This document shows, in pieces, positions 13,627 to 26,559 of a DNA stretch of 64,000 nucleotides. Both the position numbers and the translations under genes were made by a program. The notes beneath the pieces are model-generated. The model made no database searches. It was not told where the DNA came from and saw only the letters and a list, made by a program, of their open reading frames with translations. Every line of letters begins with the position of its first letter. Position 1 is the first letter of the stretch. Source of the stretch: the human T2T-CHM13v2.0 reference genome, Homo sapiens. The stretch is from the NCBI RefSeq assembly GCF_009914755.1, contig NC_060935.1. One strand, written 5' to 3'.

Positions 13627-15714
13627 CTCCAGCATAAGGGTAGCCAGTTATTTCACTACCATTTATTGAATAGAGTGTCCTTTCCCCAGTGTATCTTTTT
13701 GTCTACTTTGTCAAAGAACCAATGGTTGCAGGTGTGCTGCTTTGTTTCTGGACACCTTAGGTCCACTGGTCTATGTATCTACTTTCATACCAGTATCATG
13801 CCATTCAGGTCACTGTACCCTTGTAGTATACTTTGAAGTTTGGGTAATATGATGCCACTAGATGTGTTCCTTTTGCTGAGGATTGCTTTGGCTGTTTGGG
13901 TCCTTTTTTGTTTTCATATCCATTTTAGAATAGATTTCTAATACAATGAAAAGTGATGTTGGTAGTTTGATAGGAATAGCATTGAATCTTTAAATTGCTT
14001 TGGGCAGTACATCCATGTTAACAATATTGATTCCTCCTATCCATGAGCATGGAATGTTTTTCCATTGTTTCTGTCAACTCTGATTTCTTTCAGCAGTGTT
14101 TTGTCTAAATTCTTGTTGCAGGGATCTTTCATCTCCCTAGTTAGCTATATTCCTAGGTGTGTGTGTGTATTGTGAATTGGATTACATTTTTGATTTGGCA
14201 CTCAGCTTGGATGTTATTGGTGTACAGAAATTCTACTGATTTTTGTACACTGATTTTGTATCCAGAAAGTTTGCTGAAGTTGCTTAACAGATCTAAGAGC
14301 TTTTGGGCAGAGACAATGGGGTTTTCTAGACATAAAATTATATCATTTGCAAACACAGAGAGTTTGACTTCCTCTCTTACTATTTAGATGTCTTTTATTT
14401 CTTTCTCTTGCCTGACTGCTCTGACTAGGACTTCCAGTACTACCTTGAATACAAGTGGTGACAGTGGGCATCATTGATCCCATCTTACCTCTTCTGTTGA
14501 AGAGATTCCTTAAGATTTCTACAACAAGAATTGAGAGCTTCCTTTTCTCTATACACAAAAATCAACTCAAGATGGATTAAAGATATAAAACATAAAGCTA
14601 TTAAAACTCTTGAAGAAAACTGAGGAAATACCATTCTAGACATACGCCCTCAGAAAGATTTTTTGGCAAAAATGTCAAAAGCACTTGTGAGAAAAACAAA
14701 ATTGAAGAATGAGATCTAATTAAACTAAAGAGCTTACAGCAAAAGAAACCATCAACTGAGTAACTATATAACCCACAGAATGAAAGAAAATATTTACAAT
14801 CTATGCATCTGATAAAGGTCTAATATTCAGAATCTATAATAAACTTATATTAACAAGCCAAAAACAACCTCATTAAAAAGTTGGCAAAGGATATGTTTCA
14901 AAAGAAGATACATACATGGCCAAGAAACATATGAAAGAATGCTCAACATCATTAATCTTTGGGGAAATGCAAATTAAAACCACAATGAGATACCATCTGA
15001 CAACAGTTAGAATGGCTATTATCAAAAAGTCAAAAAATAACAGATGCTGGTGAGGTTGTGGAGAAAAGGGAATGCTTATACACTGTTGGTGAGGCTGTAA
15101 ACTAGTTTAGCCAATGTGGAAAGCAATTTGGTAATTTCTCAAGCAACTTAAAATAGAACTACCATTTGACCCAGCAATCTCATTATTGGGTATATACTCA
15201 AAGGATTATAAATTATTCTATCATAAAGACACATGTATGTGTATGTTCATCATAGTACTCTTCACAATGGCAAAGACATGGAATAAGCCTAAATACCCAT
15301 CAACAGTAGACTGGACAATTAAAATGTGGTACATATATATGCCATGGAATACTATGCAGCCATAAAAAATGAGATCATGTCTTTTGCAGCAACAAGGATG
15401 AAGCTGGAGGCCATTAGCCTAAGCAAACTAATGCAGGAACAGAAAACCGAACACCACATGTTCTCATTTATAAGTGAGAGCTCAACACTGAGTACGTGTG
15501 GATATAAAAGAAGGGAACAGTAGACTCCAGGGCCTACTTGGGGGTGGTGGATGGGAGGGGAGGGAGGATCAAAAAACTAGTCAGGGAGAATACTTTTTAC
15601 CTGGGTGATGAAATAATCTGTACACCAAACCCCCATGACACACAATTTATTTATAGAACAAGCCTGCACATGTATAACTGAAACTAAAAGTTCAAATAAG
15701 AAATTTAAAAAAAA
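13627..15714 (+). mobile_element. 5'-inverted L1PA15/16-type element (antisense 13627-14473, about 65-nt junction, sense ~14538-15714), inserted in the A-tail of the L1PB
   Basis: The antisense part begins at the NWLAIC region and the sense part resumes at [13 protein letters not shown]; candidate TSD aaaaaaaattaat / aaaaaaaatttaat. Confidence 0.9.
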
Positions 15715-15759
15715 TTTAATTTTTTAATTTTAATTTCAATTTTAATTAAAAAAACATTT

Positions 15760-15905
15760 CAATAGACATTTGTTCAAATCAGATATTCAAATGAGCATTA
15801 AGTATATGAAAAGATGTTGAACATATCATTAATAAGGAAATTAAAATTATAAACACAATGAGATACTACCTCATAGCCAGGAGGACTGCTACATTATAAA
15901 AGACA

Positions 15906-15941
<36 letters not shown>

Positions 15942-16440
15942 GGAGAGAATGGGCAGATATTTGATCCTAATTTATCATTTGTATGCTGACATGCTGGCAA
16001 GTTGATGGAAATATGAAGTGGTGCAACTACTTTGGAAAATAGTTTGACAGTTCATCAAACATTAAGCATATAGTTAGTGTATCTCCAATAACTCTGCCCT
16101 TGGGTATATGCTGAATTGAAAAGAAAACATATAACCACAATAAAACTTATACATAAATGTTCATAGCAAACTTATATTAAAAAAATAGAAAGAACCCAAA
16201 ATTCAAATCAACTGATGAAAAAGTAAACAAAATGTAGTATATTCCTGCAATGAAATATTTTTTAACAATTAAAAGTACAAAGTACTAATACATGGCCCAT
16301 ATTGATGAAACTTGCAAACTTTGTGCTAAGGGAAAAAGACCAGTCAGGAAAAGACAACATATTATATGATTCCATTTATATGATATATTCAGAATAGGCA
16401 AATCTATAGAGATAGGCAGTGGATTTATGGTTGTCTAGGT
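15760..16440 (+). mobile_element. L1MB/MC/ME 3' fragment containing (ATT)n at 15906-15941
   Basis: 'cacaatgagatactacctcatagcc', 'atgattccatttatatgatatattcagaataggcaaatctatagagatagg'. Confidence 0.8.
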
Positions 16441-17762
16441 CATGACCTATTATCTTGTTATAATAGCACAAGCTTTATCATAGCAGCAGAATAGAGGCTC
16501 ACACATCAGATGTTTCTTAAATGATGATACTAGGAAAACTAGTGAAAAATTAGGTTTAATAGATACATATTAAAAACAACTGTTTAAGTGATTCAACAAA
16601 ACTTTGTGTTATTTACAGTCATATCAGTTTATGAAAAACTCACAGAAGCAGACAAATTTTCCATGTCATTGATTTCATAAATATTACAGGTTTTGATTGG
16701 AGGATAGAATGTGGAAATAAAATAAGGGTTATCAAATGACCTGAGTTGTAATTGAAATATTATTTTTAAAATAATTTAAATACTTAAAAATACTATAGAT
16801 TATACGTTTTTAATCTTTCCTTCCTTTTTCTCTCCCCTTCCCTTCCTGTCTCACTTCATTTCTTATTCTTTTTCTTAATAGCTACTGATTCTTGTATAGT
16901 TTCATAGCCTGTAATTTCCTTGGTCACAGTACTAATAACCAGCAGAGCATTCGTGTTTGATTAAATCTTTAGAAACAATGGTTGTCCTTAATGAACCAAC
17001 AGAAAATCATCATTAGGGTACTTTTATTCTCATAGGCATTGGTGCCAGCATGACTGAGACCTGAAATCACAGATGAAGTTTATAATCATTTGTGATTATA
17101 AATGGCAATTATACATCTGCTGTGAAATAACTAACATTGAATACAAGGGATTTAGAAGGTAGTTTCTGTTAATTTGTCTCCTTTTCTGCAAAATAATGTC
17201 TAAAACACAATGTTTATATATAAGTTGTCTCATAATTTTTTCAAAAAGTGTATGTTTACACATATGTATATACATATATACACATACTGATATTTCCTTT
17301 GTTTAATATTCTTAACCTGAAAAATTGGTTACATTTTTATTGTAAAATAGATAAATTATACTGTCATATCACATTGAGGGATGTAGCCCCCAGAATTAAT
17401 AAATACATTTAATGCTTATAACAAGTTCACTTGTATATGGTACAACATTCTAAGTATACTGTGTGTATTAACACACATAATTCTTGTAACGATCACATAA
17501 GACAGGAAGATAAGGAGCAAATATGTAGAATAAATTGTCCAAGATCATAAAAAAATCATAAGTATTTGAGTCTTTCTTTGGAAATATAATAATAAAATAT
17601 AAAATGTCTTTAGCGTCTTCAAGAAAGTGTTATAGACATGTAGTTTGTGAAGTTGACACTGCTTTGCTATCTACTACAGTGGAAAGATCTTGATAAATGA
17701 CTTCCCAATTGCTGCCTATGTTGTATTGCTGACTTGAAGAATTTAAAATATAAAAAGATTAC

Positions 17763-18086
<324 letters not shown>

Positions 18087-18159
18087 TTATATGTTATATA
18101 TATGTTAAATTACTTATATATAGACACTTATTTTGACATATATTATTTAGAATATTTAT

Positions 18160-18600
18160 AGTAGAAACCAAATCGGGCCAGCTGAGTCAAATCGGGGAAA
18201 TATCTTATAAAGATCATTTTCTGTGGAAGCTGGGGAAGAAACTGAACTCAAGAGAATGTTTTAGAAATACAAATAAACCAACAATTGATGCTGTTATTTC
18301 CTCTAGTCTTTGCATTTCTTAAAAAATCAGTCCTTTATTTCTCTTTATCAGTTGCAAATTGGATAGATTCTCTTTGGCTCTCTGGAAGAAGGGAAAAACC
18401 ATGGCACCTCACAGACCCTGTTTTAACAGATCACAGTAATAGTAGCTTTACATAGTTCTAAGTGATATTCGTCCTGATTTTAGTCGTCATTCCAATATTT
18501 TAGATGGGGGAATATGACTGGCCCATTTTTGGTCAAGACATATACCTGATCCAACTAACTCTGACCAGAACAATTTCATGAAGGAAAAATATAACTGCAG
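18160..18600 (-). mobile_element. Possible old MLT1J/K-like LTR remnant
   Basis: 'atatgactggcccatttttggtcaagacatatacctgatccaactaactctgaccag' resembles an MLT1K motif; otherwise highly decayed. Confidence 0.35.
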
Positions 18601-18920
18601 AAGAAGATACTTAATGGATTAGGAATTGAGAATATATTTTGCAGAGACATGGTTATTATTGGGTCAGGAGTCACATTACCAGGTGTCCTTCCAGAATGCA
18701 AGGAATATTAAACGTCAAGGAAGATGGGACTGAGCCAAATCTTGTGCTTGAAAGCAAATATCAATAATATTAAATAATAAATATAGTTCAATGTTTTAAC
18801 AATTTGGCTATTTCTCTTCAAATCTTATCAACTAACTATTAATGACTAATACTCTGAGGCAGATATTATTTGGGATACACACTGCTAAGTCTAAGAAGCA
18901 TATATGGGCAAGTATACCAT

Positions 18921-19482
18921 TGTCAGATTATTTAGTCTGACAACTGCCTTTGTCAGAATCCTTTTCTCTCTGGGCTTTAATCAGAATTGGCCAAAGATAA
19001 ATGCTTAATGAGGTTTGGAAGGCATATGGCAGCAGCAGCCATTCCTCTCAGGAAGTCTTTAAGGCCAGATGAAAAATGGTCAAATACAGAGGTACTCAGT
19101 GGGTCTCAGCTTGTCATCACTCTCCTCGGCTCCACATCCAGCTTGTCTTCTTCCTAACTGCCAGCCCTGATCAAAAGCAGGAGCCCTCATCCCAACACCA
19201 GATGCTTGGCTGCAGATCCATAGAGTAGTAGCTATACAGAGAAAACAAATTCCCCCAGATCTATCTATGGGCTTCTCCTGAGGATCCCACTTTGCCAGAT
19301 AGACATGTTGGATTTCTCAGATTTCCCTGTACATCAAATTGTACACGCCTGCAGTTCTTTCAGGATTCTCATATACTCCAGCTCTTTCTTTCACTTTCTC
19401 ATCGTCTCCTACAATTGTATCCTGTAATCTGCATCCCTTTATACATTTAGTTGCAGCTCCACTGTTCAAAAGGTAACTGACA
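18921..19482 (+). mobile_element. Probable old ERVL-class solo LTR (family not pinned down; LTR33/50/52-like)
   Basis: TGTCAG...CTGACA termini, LTR-like length and raised GC; TSD not clear. Confidence 0.45.
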
Positions 19483-21283
19483 ACAGAGCTAAATAGCTTA
19501 CCTACCTATGATGTTCGATGTTGCCATTACCGGTGGATTGACATGAGTTTCTAAAGATGACAAAAAAATAATAATCATAATCCTTCTTGAACTGGCCCTA
19601 ATATTATCTGCCATATATTGGGAACTTCTATTATTTTATGGGAGCTTATAAACATGCATCTATGCTTATGCATGTACTTGTTTTCCTTTCCTAAAATAGT
19701 TTATTGTTATTCTTTGTTTGGATAAATCAGGCTCAGTGCAAGAAGCCACTTTCATTTGTATACTTTCCTCAGGTATGTTTACTTTTCCCAATATGCCTCC
19801 GCATCACTTTATATACAATCCTTTTACTAAAACTACCACTTTTTAAATAATTATTTATTTGTATCAGAATTTATTTTTACGACTCAGTTCTGTTATCTGG
19901 AGATAAAGACCAAGTTCATTAGCCAATATAGTACTTGGTATATTGCATGATTAAGAACCTATTGTAGAACCAATAAAAAATGTTAATCATGAAAGGATCA
20001 TTAAATCTAAAGTGAACATTAGTGTCTTTGATAGTTTAAAAAATCACTTCAAAAATTTTAACAGCCTCCTCACTGAGATGTGGAATCTGTAATTTTTCTC
20101 CTAGAATGTAGCAAGGCATATGAATACTTGGCCAAAAAAGTAAATATAGGTGACTCTGTGTGACTTCTGCCTACATCATAAAATGTTACTTAAAGGTAGC
20201 ATCTATGTGGTTCTCCTAGGATGTTAAATCTTAGAACTCTCCCTTGCTACATCCACCTTTTGGAACCCAATCACTATGCTATCATAAGCTTAAACCATAT
20301 GGAGATGCCATGCATAACTAGTAGACTGGGAAGGCCTAGTTGAGCTTGAACTTCAGCCTATCCAGCCTTGGTGAAAACAGATAAGTGAAGGAGTCATCTG
20401 AGATCACATCCTCCATCCCCAGCATTCTAGCTCCCTGCCATTTAAATCTTGTCTCACTCCAGTAGCCCTTGGTTCAACCCAGAAGAAGCCATAGAAATTA
20501 CAGAGTCATCTCCTCTGTACCATATTCAGATTTCTGATGGATAGAAACTTGGAGCATAATAATCTGTTTTTATTGTTTAAAATTACTATATTTTGGAGTT
20601 TTCTTTTTATGGTGCAAAAATTACTGAAACAGATTTTGGTAACTGGGAGTTAATACTGGTGGAACAAAAACCTAAAAATATGCAATATTGGTTAATGGAG
20701 GAGTTGGTGAGCAGAATCCTGATAAGCCTCATGAAGGCTGTTTTTCAGAGCCCAACAGAACATGAGGACAATAATACTGGAAGCTGCAGTAAAGGGAAAA
20801 TAAAGTAACTAATAAATTTGATAATCATGCTAAGGAGAATTGTTAAATATATTTTCTGGCTTCTTCTAGATATCTATGAGGGAGCAGAGAGATAAAGTCA
20901 AATTAACTTAAAGTACATTGTTTAACTTTGAGTAGAATTGGGAAGAAATATAAAGAGCTTAGGCCAGTAATGCCCGCCAGCTGGGGCTTCTCAGAGTAAG
21001 AAAGGACCATAGGGTAATGTCAAAGCTAGTGTGCTAATAGGAAAATGTGGACTGGAGTTGAAGATAATGCTAAGGGTATGACTTAAAAACCCTTTAATAA
21101 GACCTCAGAAAGAGATAAGTTGGTGCCTCATAGACCCATGCAGACAGACAAAAGCCCTTCTAAGGGTCTTAGGGTCTTGTTTAGCAAGTCCTCTCTATTA
21201 AACAATAGGGCTTCTAAAACTCTCAAAACAGACTCATAGGGGGCCCAGTACAGACAAGGGTTTATCTCAAAAAGATGTGAGTA

Positions 21284-23596
21284 TGTATTAGTCCGTTTTC
21301 GTGCTGCTGATAAAGACATGCCTTAGACTGGGCAATTTACAACAGAAAGAGGTTTAATTGGACTTACAGTTCCATGTGGCTGGGAAAGCCTCACATTAAT
21401 GGCGAAAGGCAAAAAAGAGCAACTCACGTCTTACCTGGATGGCAGCAGGCAAACAGAGAGAGCTTGTGAAGGGGAACTCCTCTTTTTAAAAACCATCAGA
21501 TCTCGTGAGACTTATTCACTCTCACAAGAACAGCACGGGAAAGACTTGACCCCATGATTCAATTACCTCCCACTGGGTACCTCCCACAACACATGGGAAT
21601 TCAAGATGAGATTGGGGTAGAGACACAGCTAAACCATATAATTCCAGCCTGACCCCTCCCAAATTTCTCATCCTCTCCCAATCATGCCTTCTCAACAGTC
21701 CCTCAAAGTCTTAACTCATTTCAGCATTAATTCAAAAGTCCACAGTCCAAAGTCTCATCTGAGACAAGGTAAGTCTCTTCCACCTATGATCCTGTAAAAT
21801 CAAAAGCAGATTAGTTACTTCCTAGATACAATGGGTGTACAGGCAATGGGTAAATACAGCCATTCCAAATGGGAGAAATTGGCCAAAAAAAGGGGATACA
21901 GCCCCCATGCAAGTCTGAGCTCCAGCGAGGCAGTAAAACCTTAAAGCTCCAAAATAATGTCTTTTGACTCCATGTCTCATACCTAGGTCATACTGATACA
22001 AGAGTTGGGTTCCTATGGTCTTGGGCAGCTCTGCCCCTGTGGTTTTGCAGGGTACAGCCTCCCTCCCAGCTACTTTCATGGGCTGGCATTGAGTGTCTGC
22101 AGCTTTTCCAGATGCAGAGTGTAAGCTGTTGGTGGATCTACCATTCTGAGGTCTGGAGGATGGTGGCTCTCTTCTCAAAGTTCCACTAGGCAGTGCCCCA
22201 TTAGGGACTCTGTGTGGGTGCTCTGACCCCACATTGCCTTTCAACACTGCCCTAGCAGAGGTTCTCCATGAGAGCCCCACCCCTGCAGCAAACTTCTGCC
22301 TGGACATCCAGACATTTCCATACATCTTCTGAAATCTAGGCAGAGGTTCTAAAACCTCAGTTCTTGACTTCTGTGTACTTGCAGGCTCAACATCATGTAG
22401 AAGCTGCAGGCTTGCACCCTCTGAAGCCATGGCCTGAGCTCTACATAGGCCTCTTTCAGCCACAGCCCAAGCTCTATGTTGGCCCCTTACAACCATGGCT
22501 AGAGTGGCTGGGACGCAGGCCACCGAGTCCCTAGGCTGCACAAAGCACAGAGATCCCGGGCCCAACCCACAAAACCACATTTTCCTCCTAGGCCTCTGGG
22601 CCTGTGATGGGAGGGGCTGCTGTAAAGACCTCTGACATGTCCTGGAGACATTTCCTCTGTTGTCTTGGGGATTAATATTTGGCTCCTCATTACTTATGCA
22701 AATTTCTGCAGCCAGCTTGAATTTTTCCTCAGAAAATGGGATTTCATTTCCATCACATTGTCAGGCTGCAAATTTTCTGAAATTCTATGCTCTGCTTCCC
22801 TTATATAAGGGACTTGATTCCCTTATAACAGCAACCAAGTCACCTCTTGAATGCTTTGCTGCTTAGAAATTTATTCCACTAGATACCTTAAATCATCTCT
22901 CTCAAGTTCAAAGTTCCACAAATCTCTAGGGCAGGGGCAAAATACCACCAGTCTCTTTGCTAAAACATGACAAGAGTCACCTTTCTTCCAATTCCCAACA
23001 AGTTCCTCATCTCTACCTGAGACCACCTCAACCTGGACCTTATTGTTTATATCACTACCAGCATTTTTGTCAAAGCCATTCAACAAGTCTCTATGAAGTT
23101 CCAAACTTTCCCACATTTTCCTGTCTTCTTCTTCGCCCCCCAAACTGTTCCATCCTCTGCCTGTTACCTAGTTCCAAAGTCGCTTCCACATTTTTGGGTA
23201 TCTTTTCTGCAACACGCCACTCTACTGGTACCAATTGACTGTATTAGTCCATTTTTACACTGCTGATAAAGATATGCCCAAGAAGGGGCAATTTACAAAA
23301 GGAAGAAGTTTAATTGGACTTACAGTTCCATATGGCTAGGGAAGCCTCACATTCATGGCAGAAGGCAAGAAAGAGCAAGTCAGGTCTTACCTGGATAGCA
23401 GCAGGCAAAGAGAGAGAGCTTGTTCAGGGGAACTCCTCCTTTTAAAACCATCAGATCTCATGAGACTTATTCACTATCACAAGAAAAGCATGGGAAAGAC
23501 TTGCCCCCATGATTCAATTACCTCCCACTGGATCCCTCCCAAATCACATGGGAATTCAAGATGAGATTTGGGTTGGGACATAGCCAAACCATATCA
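21284..23596 (-). mobile_element. Full-length THE1A provirus (LTRs 21284-21641 and 23240-23596, internal 21642-23239)
   Basis: Both LTRs read tgtattagtcc...ccatat(c/a)a with the THE1A-type 'gggaattcaagatgag' and share the variant 'cttacctggat'; 1.6-kb internal region with ORF remnants. Confidence 0.95.
21822..22580 (-). pseudogene. Remnant of the THE1 internal (gag-derived MaLR) ORF, 252 aa open
   Basis: Translation 'PLPRFQKMYGNVWMSRQKFAAGVGLSWRTSARAV...' is typical of THE1-int; the upstream part is 22871-23143. Confidence 0.75.
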
Positions 23597-24040
23597 ATCT
23601 GAATCTAATTGAATAAATCTCAATGATATTTTTTAAATATCCACAATCTTTTTGAGAACAAAATATACTGGGAGAAGTAATACCACTCAAATGGAAAAGG
23701 GAAGAAGTAGAGAAATATAAAACAAGACTTCGTATCACTGAACTTCCATTTACACAAACAAAAAATAATTATCTATCTTCATGTTCTATTTCCTATGGAG
23801 GATAGTAAGATAAGTCAAAGGACAAAGACAAGAGATATGAAGAATTAACTCCAGGCAACAATATGAGCTTGAATCACAGAAGTGACAACACATGCTAGCT
23901 GGATCAGAAATGTTCTGGACCAGTAACAATTTTATGTGTCATTTTTTCCTCATCTTAAATAAGCCAAGGTGCATTTAAGTTTATTGAATACCTGTCTAAT
24001 TACTGTTGGCTGAATGTGCGGGCATATAAAGTGTTTCTTT

Positions 24041-24282
24041 TTTTAAACAATTTCAACTTTTAGATACAGGGAGTACATGTGTGGGTTTGTTATCATGGAT
24101 AACATCACGGAGATATTCCATGATGCTGAGGTGTGGGGTTCGGATCCCATCACCCAGGTAGTGAGCATAGTATCCAATAGGTTGTTCTTCAACCCACACA
24201 CCCCTCCCTCCCTTCCCCCTCTGGTAGTCTGCTTTGTCTATTGGTCTCATCTTTATGGCCATGTGTGCTCAATGTTTAGCTC

Positions 24283-24318
<36 letters not shown>

Positions 24319-24650
24319 GGGAGTCTCTCACTCTGTCACCCAGGCTGGAGTGCAGTGGTGTGATCTCGACTGACTGCAACCTCCACCTCCTGGGATAAAG
24401 TGGTTCTCCTGCCTCAGCCTCCCAGGTAGCTGGGATTACAGGCATGCACTATCACGCCTGGCTAATTTTTGTATTTTTAGTACAGACAGGGTTTCACCAT
24501 GTTGGTCAGGGTGGTCTTGAACTCCTGACCTCAAGTGATCCACCCATCTCGGCCTCCCAAAGCGCTGGGATTACAGGCGTGAGCCACTGCGCCTAGCCTA
24601 GCTCCTTCTTATAAGTGAGAACGTTCAGTATTTGACTTTTGGTTCCTGAA
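24041..24650 (-). mobile_element. 5'-truncated L1PA16/17-type 3' end interrupted by an Alu
   Basis: 'ggatcccatcacccaggtagtgagcatagtatccaatagg'; degenerate TSD taaagtgtttcttt / taaatgtatttcttt. Confidence 0.85.
24287..24598 (-). mobile_element. AluSx-type
   Basis: Poly-T then a full antisense dimer; TSD tagctccctct / tagctccttct. Confidence 0.96.
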
Positions 24651-26200
24651 TTAAATGTATTTCTTTAATTCACAGGTCTTCAGATTGAGAGGAGCAGAAC
24701 ATGAGGTACTGAACTCAAGAGGTCTCACGTGCACTTGGACCTGATTTACATGACAAGGTTCTGGCCTGATTCAGTAACATGATACAATCTTATGTGGGGT
24801 ATTGGGAGGTTGAGTATGTATTTTTCATGGGGAAGAATGTAAATAATCCATGGAATAAAAAATATGACTTTTAAAATGTGGCCTCAGAATCCTTTGCACT
24901 CCTCTCATTAAGAAGTAAGGTCTATGAGTTTCCCTTTGAATTTGAGTGGGCTTTTGACTTCTTCATTCAATACTGCAAGTTTCAAGTGATGTTATGTGAC
25001 TTCTAAATCTAGATTATAAAAGGTCTTGCAGATTTTGCATAATTTTTTTAAATTACACAAAAATCATTTTTGCATAATTCTCCTTCCTGGAGCTTTCATT
25101 CTTGTACATTCCCTCCCAGAATCTAGCCACCATGCTGCGAGAATTCCAAGCCTCACAGAGAGGGCCCGTGTAGGTTCAAAGTACTAGAGTCCCAGTTGAG
25201 ACTGTCCTTGAGCCACCACACCCCGAAAAGCAGACTGTGGGTAGAGTTAATATTGGAAATGTTTTCTCCAGTCTTAGTTGTCCCAGCCCCCGGCTTCTAG
25301 AGGTATCTCCAGCTGTTTAAGAGATCTCAACTGAGGTAGCAGATATGGTAAAGTTCTAAAATGCCACTCCTATTCTGTACACCCTAATTTCCAAATTCAC
25401 ATAATTTGTAACCATAATAAAGCAATTGCAATCATGTACTACTAAAATATAGGATATTTTAAACACAGCAACTTTAAAAGAAGTATTGACATATTTTGCT
25501 ACATTGAAGTCATGCTCTCTGTAGCCAAGAGACTCTCTTTTCACTTCTTTTTAATTAAACTCATACTTCCTCCAACTCATACTTGTGAAATATCATTATT
25601 TATGAGTATTGAGCAAAACATTATTCAAAACTACATATACAGCATTTATTCCTTTAAATGGTCCATGTCTTTTTGAAAACCTTCTTAGCTAGACCTTCCC
25701 TGTTTTCTAGTTAAATTCCTGCTAATCTAACCTAAACTATCAGCAACATCTCAAGGATAACTATGGAGGAAATGTTCCACCTCTTGAAATAAACAAGGAT
25801 AAAAGAAAATTCATCTTTGGCATTTTTAACTCACTGTAAAATTAAGTATATGGAGAAGGTACAAATGCATATCTACCTGTACACATGGTTATTACTGGCA
25901 AAATTTGCAAAACAGAACTCTGTCCTTATTGCTCTTTTATGTCGTAAACCGCCAGTATAAAACCAAAGTCTTCTCTCCATATAGTATTTATACACTCTGA
26001 TTCTGTGCAGGTCTGTAATACCTCATAAACAGTTGTGTAATACAGATTAGCTTATCATTTCCTAGAAGTACACACACACACAAAAAGTATATAAAACATT
26101 AAACACATTGTGTGAAATTGGCAGATTAGGAGACATTATACTAGATCATTCCATAAAAATAATAATTTATTTCCTTTGTTCTATGAAAATATAAACTTCT

Positions 26201-26559
26201 TGCTATAGACACTGGATCTTTATGTTTCCCCAAAATCCATATGTTGAAATCTAATCCTCCATGCAAGAGTATTAGGGAGTGGAGACTTTGGGAGATGATT
26301 AGGTTATGAGGATGGAGTCCCTATGAATGCAATAAGTGCCCTCATAAAAAAGAAAGCTCCTCTGTTCCTTTTCTCCATTTGAGGACACAGAAGGAGAATG
26401 CCATCTATTAATTAAGAGGCAGGGTTTCACCAGACGCCAAATATAAGCACCTTAATCTTGGACTTCTTAACATTTAGAACTGTGAGAAATAAATTTCTGT
26501 TGTTTATAAGCCCTCAAGTCTATGGCATTATGTTTTAGCCACTTAAATGGACTAAGACT
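26201..26559 (+). mobile_element. MLT1A/MLT1A0 solo LTR
   Basis: tgctatag...aatggactaagact; perfect 5-bp TSD cttct. Confidence 0.9.

Larger units (their letters stand above)
20030..25480 (+). mobile_element. Two-LTR MLT1H-like MaLR element (5' LTR ~20030-20631, 3' LTR ~24865-25480) with an interrupted internal region
   Basis: Two similar LTRs ('gtgacttct...ataaaa', 'ccaccatgctg', 'cataataa'); int start 'gattttggtaactggg'; int end 'ggacctgatttacatgac...gtatttttcatggggaagaatgtaaataat'. Confidence 0.75.
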
